Below are positions 16,376 through 24,000 of a DNA stretch of 24,000 nt, piece by piece (position 1 is the first letter of the stretch; each line of letters starts with the position of its first letter). The DNA lies in the NCBI RefSeq assembly GCF_030915445.1, contig NZ_CP133264.1, forward strand, positions 3,357,208-3,381,207, given 5' to 3'. The notes beneath the pieces were generated by a model. That model was given only the letters and a program-made list of their open reading frames with translations, did no database searches and was not told the origin of the DNA. The stretch is from Clostridium sp. OS1-26 (GTDB taxonomy: Bacteria > Bacillota > Clostridia > Clostridiales > Clostridiaceae). Both the position numbers and the translations under genes were made by a program.

Positions 16376-16517
16376 AACTTTCCTCCCATGTTATTCCAAA
16401 TTGCGCAATGCTTATTAATAATTGTGCCTCGTCTATTTTTTCAAGTACACAATGACTAAAATCAATTATTCTGTGATTAGATTTTATAATATTTATATAA
16501 AGAATATATGAAGAAAT

Positions 16518-17792
16518 TTAAGATCTAAAAAATAATATTTTATTCTTAGTAATAATATATCCTAAAAATTGTATGATAAAATAACATAGTAATATTTTGA
16601 TAGTATTCATCGCAAACTCATTATTGATGTTCAAGATATAATTATATGAAACACATGCTAAAGCTGTTAAAATCACAGGCAAAAAAAATGTTAACTTAAG
16701 CTTGCATAATAAAATATTATGTACTTCTTCAGTTGTTAACCCAACTTTACGCAATTTAATTATTCTTGGCTTCCAGTTATATAAATCTATTTTACTTTTA
16801 AAGTACAGTATGTTGGCAAAGACAAAAAAGCTTAATAAAACACTAAACACATTTATTAAATTAAAAGTATCTTTTTGAAAAGTACTAAAGAAATCAAAAG
16901 TTGTTTTTATATTAGGCAAATGACGAATCCTTTCGCAAATAATAAACATAAAATTCAGAAATCCAATGAAGAAAATTACAATTTTATCATCTTTAAAAAA
17001 AGCTTCAATTTCTTTTATCAGCAAAATTTTTTTATAGTAAAAGTTTTTATTTCTTCTTATAAGAGTTTTAAAAGCTTTTACAACAAATAAAAATAAGATG
17101 TAAGTTCCTAGTATACATAAGAAAGCAAAATCAGTATAATATCTAGCTTGAGAAGATAGATTGAATTTTTCTAGCAAATAAAAATAGCACATTATTAAAA
17201 ATACTAATATTATTTTTAATAGCTTTGAACTTTTAGTATTAGCTACTGATAGGTATTCATGATTTGAGCTATTTGTTATACTTAAGTTATCTATGAATTT
17301 AAATGACCATAAAGTAAAAACAGTGGTAAGTACAGCATAATGTGCAGCAATGATTTTATAGACAACTGATTTAAACTGAAAAGTTAGGATGTGTATACCA
17401 GAAAAATTGAATAAGGAAAGGGCTATAATTTTTGAAAAAATTAAACCTAAAACTAAGCCGGTAGGTATACATACTAAAAAAATCAAAGTGTTTTCTAAAA
17501 AGATTAATATTTTAAGCTCTCCACAGGTCATACCTAAGGTTAGGAAACGTATAAACTCTCTTTCTCTATGTTTAGAAAAGGAAATATACATGTAAATATA
17601 CCATAAAGATGTGTTAAACACACTAATTGTCGGCACTACAATAAAGTTATTTTTACCGATTACCACCTGTGAATTATATAGTATTGACTGAATAAAGAAG
17701 CACAGAATTGAGGTTATTAAGGAAAAGGTATAGGCCGCATAGTGATCTAAATTTGATTTTATATTCTTAAATAATATTTGCTTAAAATCCAT
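16518..17792 (-). CDS. FtsX-domain ABC permease, BceB-like 10-TM topology but compact (about 424 aa)
   Basis: There are two FtsX-type units (REFIRFLTLGMTCGELKILIFLEN and RIIKLRKVGLTTEEVHNILLCKL), each flanked by hydrophobic helices. The ORF track starts at the GTG at 17804. I prefer the ATG at 17792, which follows GGAGAA and sits directly after the ATPase TGA (TGATATG). Confidence 0.7.
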   Translation of the reverse strand: MDFKQILFKNIKSNLDHYAAYTFSLITSILCFFIQSILYNSQVVIGKNNFIVVPTISVFNTSLWYIYMYISFSKHREREFIRFLTLGMTCGELKILIFLENTLIFLVCIPTGLVLGLIFSKIIALSLFNFSGIHILTFQFKSVVYKIIAAHYAVLTTVFTLWSFKFIDNLSITNSSNHEYLSVANTKSSKLLKIILVFLIMCYFYLLEKFNLSSQARYYTDFAFLCILGTYILFLFVVKAFKTLIRRNKNFYYKKILLIKEIEAFFKDDKIVIFFIGFLNFMFIICERIRHLPNIKTTFDFFSTFQKDTFNLINVFSVLLSFFVFANILYFKSKIDLYNWKPRIIKLRKVGLTTEEVHNILLCKLKLTFFLPVILTALACVSYNYILNINNEFAMNTIKILLCYFIIQFLGYIITKNKILFFRS

Positions 17793-17793
17793 A

Positions 17794-18546
17794 TCATTCT
17801 CCACTAATCACTGAAAGTGTATCTAATATTCTATTAAAGAAGGCGCTTTGCTCCTCTTTACGATATATTTCTGTACATATTCTACCGTCTTTTAAAAAGA
17901 TAACCCTTTTGCAATAGCTTGCTGCATACATATCATGTGTAACCATAAGAATTGTTAATTTTTTTTCATTATTTAAGGTTTCCATATACTTCATAAACTT
18001 TTTTGAAGTTTTCGGATCAAGACTTCCTGTTGGTTCATCAGCTAAGATAACACAAGGATGATTTAGCAGTGCTCTACAGGCTGCTGCTCTTTGTTTCTCA
18101 CCAACGGAAACATTATTTGGGTACTTATCTTTAATATCATATATATTGAAAAAGGTAAAATACTCCGATATCTTTTCATCAATTTCTTTAGCGCTTTTTC
18201 CTTTAAATATAAGTGGAAGAGCAGCATTTTCTGCTAGAGTCATGTTATTGAAAAGATTAAATTCTTGAAATATAATACCAAGATTTTCACGTCTAAAAAT
18301 AGCACTTTCCTTTTTATTTAATGAAGTTATGTATTTATCTAATATTTTTACAGTTCCGCTGTTAGGCTTATCAATACCGGATAATATATTGAGTAGAGTT
18401 GTTTTTCCACTTCCGGATTGTCCAATAATAGCAATGAACTCTCCTTCTTCTACACTTAGATTTACGCCATTTAATACATTTGTACAGTTAACTTCTAAGC
18501 TTCCTTCGTATACTTTAACGATATCTTCTGCAGATAAAACTTCCAT
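17794..18546 (-). CDS. ABC transporter ATP-binding protein (BceA/MacB-type)
   Basis: Walker A GQSGSGKTTLLNILSG, Q-loop, signature VSVGEKQRAA, Walker B VILADEPTGSLD and H-loop VTHD. Confidence 0.9.
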   Translation of the reverse strand: MEVLSAEDIVKVYEGSLEVNCTNVLNGVNLSVEEGEFIAIIGQSGSGKTTLLNILSGIDKPNSGTVKILDKYITSLNKKESAIFRRENLGIIFQEFNLFNNMTLAENAALPLIFKGKSAKEIDEKISEYFTFFNIYDIKDKYPNNVSVGEKQRAAACRALLNHPCVILADEPTGSLDPKTSKKFMKYMETLNNEKKLTILMVTHDMYAASYCKRVIFLKDGRICTEIYRKEEQSAFFNRILDTLSVISGE

Positions 18547-18564
18547 AGGCTCACTCCATTACCT

Positions 18565-19602
18565 TTAAATTTTGGACATATATATAATTGAAAGGGTGGT
18601 TCCAATGTTAACTTCTGACTCTATGATAATACTATGATTTAATTTTTTCGCTATTATTGAACAGATGTACAAACCTATACCTGTAGAGTCCTTTAATTTT
18701 CTACCATTTTCTCCTGTGAAAAAGGGTGTAAAAATCCTTTTTATATCATAATTAGGTATTCCAATTCCTTTATCTCTAATTGTAAGCTTAGTTTCTTTAT
18801 CATTAATATATATATTAAAATATACATATTTCTTTTTATCGTTTTTTTTAGAATATTTAATGGCATTAGATAAAATCTGTTCAAGCATGAATTTATTCCA
18901 CTTTTTATCAGTGATAATTAATGCTTTTTCACATTGAAACTCTACCTTTGGGAAAACATTATTGTATATAAACTGATTTTTTTTACTATTTATAACTTCT
19001 TTTATAAGGGTAACAAGGTCTACTGTCTGAGGTTCGTAATCCTTTGAAAAATCGTCAAGTCTGCTAATATTTAGTATTTGCTCTAAGCCATTTTCTACTT
19101 TATTATTTTCTTCTCGTATATCATAAAATAACTTTGCTATATTTGTTTTCCAATCTTTTTTATCAAAATCTAGTTCTTTAATACATTTTAGAATAATGAG
19201 ATTAATTACTGAAACTGGAGTTTTCATATTATGAACCCATTGTGATAAAAAATATTTATATTCGGTGTTTTGCGCATTAACTTTACTTATTGTATTTGTA
19301 TAGTTTTCATGTATTTTGAATATAGCTTTAGCGGATTCCTGCTGCTCAATTGTTCTAGGGCTTAAATTAAAGTACTTATTTTCTATGCCTTCATTAAGGC
19401 TTCTGCTAAATTTATAATATTTTAACCACTCATTTAATATTAAAAATAAATAGATTACTATAGAGATTAATAAAGGATATAATACATCAATTTTTCCATT
19501 AAGCAAATGACAGTAAAGAATAATCAAAAGTGTATTAAAAAAATAGGCAATGGTAAGCTGTAGCTTGTCTTTTAAAAAATTTATTAATATCTTCTTATTC
19601 AT
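18565..19602 (-). CDS. Intramembrane-sensing histidine kinase (BceS-like)
   Basis: 345 aa. Two N-terminal TM helices are joined by a loop of about 6 residues, so there is no extracellular sensor domain. H-box FLSQWVHNMKTPVSVI, and an ATPase domain with DKGIGIP and GIGLYIC. Confidence 0.85.
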   Translation of the reverse strand: MNKKILINFLKDKLQLTIAYFFNTLLIILYCHLLNGKIDVLYPLLISIVIYLFLILNEWLKYYKFSRSLNEGIENKYFNLSPRTIEQQESAKAIFKIHENYTNTISKVNAQNTEYKYFLSQWVHNMKTPVSVINLIILKCIKELDFDKKDWKTNIAKLFYDIREENNKVENGLEQILNISRLDDFSKDYEPQTVDLVTLIKEVINSKKNQFIYNNVFPKVEFQCEKALIITDKKWNKFMLEQILSNAIKYSKKNDKKKYVYFNIYINDKETKLTIRDKGIGIPNYDIKRIFTPFFTGENGRKLKDSTGIGLYICSIIAKKLNHSIIIESEVNIGTTLSIIYMSKI

Positions 19603-19620
19603 ATTAATGCCTCTTAATGA

Positions 19621-20304
19621 TTAATGAAATTGAAACATATAGCCAATGCTTCGTTTTGTTTTTATAGCTTCATTAATACCTAGTTCTTTAAGTTTGTTTC
19701 TAATCCTTACTATATTTACTGTTAAAGTGTTGTCATCTACAAAAACAGTATCATCCCAAAGTTCTTCTAAAAGTTCTTCTCTGGTAATAATCTTATCTTC
19801 ATTCTTAACAAGCTTACTCAAAAGCTTAAATTCATTTTTGCTAAGCTCAATCTCAATATTATTATAAAGCATTTTAAAAGTATCCTTATTAAGTTTAATA
19901 CCTCCAAGACTTTCTATTAAGCTTGTCTCTGTTGAATATTCACCATATACTCGTCTGAGTACTGCTTGTATCTTAGCAAGAAGAAAGTCAAAATCAAAGG
20001 GTTTGACAATATAATCATCTGCACCCAACTCAAGTCCCCTAATCTGTTCGTTATTTCCGTTTCTTGATGAAATAATAATGACAGGTATTGTGGAGGAACG
20101 TCTAAAGGTTTTACACAACTGAAATCCATCATAATATGGGAGATTTATGTCTAAAAGAATTAAATTAGGTTTTAAGCTTTTTATATCATCTTCCACATTT
20201 ATAAAATTTTCTATAGCAGCAACATCATATCCATATTTCTCAAGGTATTCTTTTATAAGCTTAGTCAATTTAACATCATCTTCAATAATAAGTATTTTAT
20301 ACAA
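19621..20304 (-). CDS. OmpR-family response regulator (BceR-like)
   Basis: 227 aa. Receiver domain (ILIIEDD, LILLDINLPYYDG, KPF) plus a winged-helix output domain (LTVNIVRIRNKL, GYMF). TTG start 7 nt after AGGAGGAAGC. Confidence 0.85.
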   Translation of the reverse strand: MYKILIIEDDVKLTKLIKEYLEKYGYDVAAIENFINVEDDIKSLKPNLILLDINLPYYDGFQLCKTFRRSSTIPVIIISSRNGNNEQIRGLELGADDYIVKPFDFDFLLAKIQAVLRRVYGEYSTETSLIESLGGIKLNKDTFKMLYNNIEIELSKNEFKLLSKLVKNEDKIITREELLEELWDDTVFVDDNTLTVNIVRIRNKLKELGINEAIKTKRSIGYMFQFH

Positions 20305-20399
20305 AAAGCTTCCTCCTTTTTAAAGTATAGTTGCAATATTCCATTAGTCCCAATAAATATATTATACTTTAATTATAGGAGGAAGCGTATAACCTTTAA

Positions 20400-22391
20400 T
20401 TAAAATTTGAAGCCAAATAGATTCCAGTAATTTAGGTATAGATTAAAAATTAAAAATATACAGCAGACTAATATAGTCCATATCTTTGAAACCAAATTAT
20501 CACTTCTCTTATTCCAGTATATAAATGTTGAAATTACTAAATATAAAGTTAATATTGTGGTGATTATCGGAATAAACAGAAGACAGATAACTAACTTAGG
20601 TAATTCAGCTAGAAACATAAGCATATGTGATAGAGAGATACACTCTTTAATCATGCCAACTAAAAATAATGAATTTAAAATGCATATAAGTAGTGTAATA
20701 TTTTTATTACGAAGAGTTTCTATAGTATCATTCTTTCTCTTTATAATTAATATTACTTGTACCAAAAGTAGTAACAAAAATAGTATTGTAAAGGACATAA
20801 AAATTATTCTATGTAGTGCAGGATTTTGATACCAATTAATTTTTTCAAAGGCCACTGTTAACCCCTCTGGGAGCATGTAGGCTATGTTTCCTTGTTTATC
20901 TGCTTTAAAGGCAATAGCATCTCCTGTCTTAACATTCTTAAAAAGTAAAGGTTCTATTTCTATATACTTATCTTCCCCGCCAGAATATTTTATAACTAGT
21001 GCATCATTAGTGCTTTTTATATTTATAGCTGAAGGCATTAGTAGAAACAATTTTCCTATTTCATTTCTTGGATATCTAGTACCTTGATAGCTTCCTTCAA
21101 ATTTTTTCAGATTACTTTTTACAAAGTTAACTTTATTATTTATATTAACTTTTGTATTAGATTGACTGCAGTACTTAGCTATAAACTGATCTGTTATACT
21201 AACACACATATTGATTCCCGCTTCACCATTAGTTGAAATGAAAAATCCTATATTACTGTCAGGTATTAAACATAACATGCTGTGAAAACCATAATCATCC
21301 CCTCGATGGTAAATTATTCTTGTACCATTTGTATACTTTTCTGAAAAGCCATAGCATACTCCAAGGGTATTTTCATTAAAGGAAAAATGCTTTTTATGCA
21401 TGTCTTCTACGGTGTCTTTATTCAATATGCGTGTATTCTCATAGGTGCCATTATTTAAATGAGCAATCATAAATCTAGTCATATCATCTGCTGTGGTTTT
21501 CAATCCGCCTGCGGGTGGAAGGACTCCTCCGTAAACAGGTACTTTTTTATACATACCATTTTTGTAATCATATCCTTGCGATAGATTGTTTAGTATTTTA
21601 TCATTAAAAGCAAAGCTACTATTATTCATATTAAGGGGCTTAAATATGTTATCTTCTACATACTTGTTAAAAGGAGTACCTGATACACTCTCAACAGCAT
21701 AACCGGCTACAGCCATACCATAATTGCTGTACTGGGGAGCTTCACCTGGCTCGCGAATTATAGGTCGTGGACGAGATATTAGATTATCTTTAAGAGGCTT
21801 TTCTTGCAGATAACTTTTTATTTCAGATTCTCCGATAATTCTTTCATCAAACCCACCTGTGTGAGTCAAGAGGTTTTCTAGTGTTACAGGTTTTGAATAA
21901 GTATTTTTTATTTTAAAGTCTTTCAAATAGTTATTTACATCCTCATTTAAATTTACCTTACCTTTTTCTTTAAGCTGCATAACAGCTGTAGCCGTAAAAA
22001 GTTTTGAAACAGAAGCGGCTCTAAAAATAGTTGATTTAGGATCAACAGGTGTTTTTTTATCTATATCAGAATATCCGTATCCTTTCTCAAAAAGCACAGT
22101 ATTATCTTTGACAACAGCAAAAACTGCTCCTGGCACGTTAAATTTTTTTAGCTGTTCATTGAAAGCGCTGTCAGCAAATTTTTCTACATTGTTCTTATTT
22201 AAAGGTTCTTTACTTTGGTTATTTAATAAAGGTGGGGTGCTGTTTTCTTTACTTTCTTTTGCTGAAACAGTTTGTGTGGTATTAAACACATGGTATATTA
22301 CAGCTGCTGAGGAATAGAAATAAGGGAAAGTATAAGCAATAAGTACAAAGATAATTAAAAATCTTCGCGTGTAAGCTATAAATTTTTTCAT
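20400..22391 (-). CDS. Beta-lactamase/DD-peptidase-family (PF00144-type) serine hydrolase with an N-terminal anchor and a C-terminal domain of about 4 TM helices
   Basis: 663 aa. SxxK motif (ASVSKLFT) and YxN motif (QYSNYG). N-terminal hydrophobic anchor (FLIIFVLIAYTFPYF). The last 130 aa or so are strongly hydrophobic in about four blocks. RBS GGAGG. Confidence 0.8.
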   Translation of the reverse strand: MKKFIAYTRRFLIIFVLIAYTFPYFYSSAAVIYHVFNTTQTVSAKESKENSTPPLLNNQSKEPLNKNNVEKFADSAFNEQLKKFNVPGAVFAVVKDNTVLFEKGYGYSDIDKKTPVDPKSTIFRAASVSKLFTATAVMQLKEKGKVNLNEDVNNYLKDFKIKNTYSKPVTLENLLTHTGGFDERIIGESEIKSYLQEKPLKDNLISRPRPIIREPGEAPQYSNYGMAVAGYAVESVSGTPFNKYVEDNIFKPLNMNNSSFAFNDKILNNLSQGYDYKNGMYKKVPVYGGVLPPAGGLKTTADDMTRFMIAHLNNGTYENTRILNKDTVEDMHKKHFSFNENTLGVCYGFSEKYTNGTRIIYHRGDDYGFHSMLCLIPDSNIGFFISTNGEAGINMCVSITDQFIAKYCSQSNTKVNINNKVNFVKSNLKKFEGSYQGTRYPRNEIGKLFLLMPSAINIKSTNDALVIKYSGGEDKYIEIEPLLFKNVKTGDAIAFKADKQGNIAYMLPEGLTVAFEKINWYQNPALHRIIFMSFTILFLLLLLVQVILIIKRKNDTIETLRNKNITLLICILNSLFLVGMIKECISLSHMLMFLAELPKLVICLLFIPIITTILTLYLVISTFIYWNKRSDNLVSKIWTILVCCIFLIFNLYLNYWNLFGFKF

Positions 22392-22480
22392 AGTATTAAA
22401 CCTCCATAAATCTAAATTTAGAATATATTTCTATTACAAATAAATTCTAAATTAGATTTAAAGGAGAACAAATTCATTTA

Positions 22481-22520
22481 TATTCAAGTAACCTTACAGT
22501 TTTGTAAGGTTACTTGAATA
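22481..22520. repeat. Perfect 18-bp-arm inverted repeat in a divergent promoter region
   Basis: TATTCAAGTAACCTTACA-gttt-TGTAAGGTTACTTGAATA, with no U-run on either side. It lies between the divergent starts at 22391 (-) and 22649 (+). Confidence 0.8.
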
Positions 22521-22573
22521 TGCACTTAGGAATATTGTCTTAAATTTTTAGTAGTTTTTTTATTTTCAATTGT

Positions 22574-22582
22574 TGCTATAAT
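22574..22582 (+). promoter_or_regulatory. Candidate extended -10 promoter element for the Crp/Fnr gene
   Basis: TGCTATAAT matches TGnTATAAT, about 67 nt upstream of the ATG at 22649. The -35 region is poor (GTTTTT). Confidence 0.35.
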
Positions 22583-22648
22583 TCTAATTGGGACATTTGT
22601 CCTGTATGTAAAGGTTTAAATATATTATCATAAAGGAGAAAACAAGAG

Positions 22649-23327
22649 ATGAGTATTTTGAAAGTAGTAGAGGTTATTGAAAAAGAAAAAGTTATTTATG
22701 ATATCTTAAAGTCTTGTCCCTATGAAATACTTAAGCAGTGGGAGATATTTAAATATAAAAAAGGTAAAGTATTTTTAAAACAAGAAGAACTATATCCATA
22801 CTTTTTTATCATAATTGAAGGAGAAGCTAATATATTTATTATGTCTGACCATGGAAAGAGGTATTCTCAGTCCATATATAAGAAAGGGAATTTTATTGGA
22901 GAGCTAGAGATATTTAACAATGTACCCTACAGTTGTTCCGTTGAAGCGTTGACAGATATAAAACTTTTAGCTTTAAAAAGAGACTACTTTTTAAAGTGGT
23001 ATGATATGGACAAAAATATATCTAGATATATTACAGAGCAGATATGTGCAGCATTTTACACTCTTTCTCAGGAAATCAGCTGTAGACACTTTATATACAC
23101 TAAGAGAAAGAATAAGCAGTTATCTTTTAAAAGCTTATAATAAAAGCGGCAGTACCACTATAAAAATAGACAAGGATACTTTAAGTGGACAGTTTGCGGT
23201 AACAAAGAGGAGTTTAAATAGAACTTTCATGGAGCTTAAGAAAAAAGATATTTTAGAAATAAGCAATTCTCAGGTTTTCATTAAGGATTTGAATAAACTT
23301 AAAACACTGACAAAGAAAAATACATAA
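22649..23327 (+). pseudogene. Crp/Fnr-family transcriptional regulator split by a 1-nt frameshift
   Basis: ORF 22649..23140 encodes the cNMP-binding-like beta-barrel (GNFIGELEIF...ALTDIKLLAL). The +1 frame continues KSAVDTLYTLRERISSYLL...LSGQFAVTKRSLNRTFMELKKKDIL, which is the dimer helix and HTH, to 23327. The frames join at TCAGGAAATCA (about 23068-23078). Removing one base gives about 225 aa, the normal family size. Confidence 0.75.
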
Positions 23328-23341
23328 ACGGAGGAATAATC

Positions 23342-24000
23342 ATGTCATTAGTTCAACCACATATAAGATGTTCGGAGGATTTAAAGGTAAAATATGCTAT
23401 ACTTCCTGGAGATCCTAAGAGGGTGGACAGGATAGCAGAGTTTCTAGAAAATGTTGAAGAAGTTGAGTTTAACAGAGAGTATAAATCCTTAGTAGGATAT
23501 TATAAAGGAATAAAGATACTTGCTATGTCTACAGGTATGGGAGGAGCATCTACAGGCATAGCGGTAGAAGAACTTAAAAATATAGGTGTTGAGGTTTTAA
23601 TAAGAATTGGAAGCTGTGGAGCTAATCAAGAAGGAATAAAGCTTGGAGATCTTATTATACCTAATGGAATAGTAAGGGATGATGGAGCTTCCAGGGCATA
23701 TGTTGAAGAAAAATACCCGGCAGTACCTGACACAGAGCTTCTATTTGAAATAACCAATAGTGCAAAAAAGCAAGGTTTTTCTTATCATATAGGCATAGCA
23801 AGAAGTCATGACAGTTTTTATACTGATGAGGAAGAAGCTATAGATAGCTACTGGAGCAAAAAAGGAATTTTAGGTGCTGATATGGAAAGCTCAGCGTTGT
23901 TTGTAATAGGAGCTTTAAGAGGACTAAAAACTGCGTCCATTCTAAATGTAGTCGTAGAAATGGATGGTAACTTAGGAGAAGACATAAACAATTATGTTGA
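23342..24000 (+). CDS. udp: Uridine phosphorylase (PNP/UDP-1 family), 3'-truncated by the window edge
   Basis: Not in the ORF track because it runs off the window. The ATG at 23342 follows GGAGGA. Translation: MSLVQPHIRCSEDLKVKYAILPGDPKRVDRIAEFL...AMSTGMGGASTGIAVEELKNIGVEVLIRIGSCGA...GADMESSALF. The STGxGGxSTxIAVEEL pattern is closer to Udp than to DeoD. Confidence 0.75.
   Translation, partial: MSLVQPHIRCSEDLKVKYAILPGDPKRVDRIAEFLENVEEVEFNREYKSLVGYYKGIKILAMSTGMGGASTGIAVEELKNIGVEVLIRIGSCGANQEGIKLGDLIIPNGIVRDDGASRAYVEEKYPAVPDTELLFEITNSAKKQGFSYHIGIARSHDSFYTDEEEAIDSYWSKKGILGADMESSALFVIGALRGLKTASILNVVVEMDGNLGEDINNYV

Noticed and set aside
2667-22317. Other antisense or overlapping ORFs from the track: 2667..2894, 5767..5970, 6877..7059, 7925..8137, 9794..10030, 12042..12227, 13423..13644, 13560..13778, 16122..16337, 16875..17090, 17389..17595, 18329..18568, 19646..19867, 19917..20132, 20557..20829, 20884..21087 and 22108..22317.
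   Set aside because: Each is embedded opposite a longer ORF with clear family motifs and a good RBS. AT-rich genomes produce such Leu/Ser/Phe/Ile-rich shadow frames, and none has its own convincing RBS.
1-24000. CRISPR arrays, tRNA or rRNA genes, IS elements, integrases, prophage or toxin-antitoxin/defence gene pairs.
   Set aside because: I saw no regularly spaced direct repeats, no GC-rich structured RNA genes, no transposase or recombinase motifs and no terminal inverted repeats flanking a gene block. The window looks like core or accessory chromosome rather than a mobile island.

Overview
Low-GC (roughly 28-30% by eye) Firmicute chromosome, Clostridium-like. It is densely coded with strong GGAGG-type ribosome-binding sites. 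I found no rRNA, tRNA, CRISPR array, transposase, integrase or recognisable defence system.

Gene content, left to right:
- A 5'-truncated PepV-like M20 dipeptidase.
- A MocR/GntR-aminotransferase regulator, divergent from a CGGC-domain protein and a PNPOx-like flavoprotein pair.
- A YcxB-like membrane protein and an APC amino-acid permease.
- A minus-strand cluster: a second M20 dipeptidase, then one apparent operon of PRD-type regulator, fructose-family PTS IIA, IIB and IIC, an M24 Xaa-Pro aminopeptidase and a PatB/MalY C-S lyase.
- A DUF434-like protein with a PIN/NYN-like C-terminus, and a 143-aa orphan.
- A minus-strand cell-envelope block: a PF00144 serine hydrolase with a C-terminal membrane domain, then a BceRS/BceAB-like four-gene operon with an unusually compact permease, then a His/Cys-rich mini membrane protein.
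- A Crp/Fnr regulator and a 3'-truncated uridine phosphorylase.

Most notable observations:
- The PTS is linked to peptidases and a C-S lyase, with no sugar-phosphate catabolic enzyme in the cluster. This is an frv/fry-like enigma.
- Both the PRD regulator and the Crp/Fnr regulator carry single-base frameshifts, in nearly identical TCAGG(G)AAAT contexts.
- The BceB-like permease has 10 predicted TM helices but appears to lack the large extracellular domain.
- Several strong inverted repeats and a candidate anti-SD pairing sit in regulatory gaps.

No finding is demonstrably a new system from sequence alone. All functional calls rest on motif recognition by eye.
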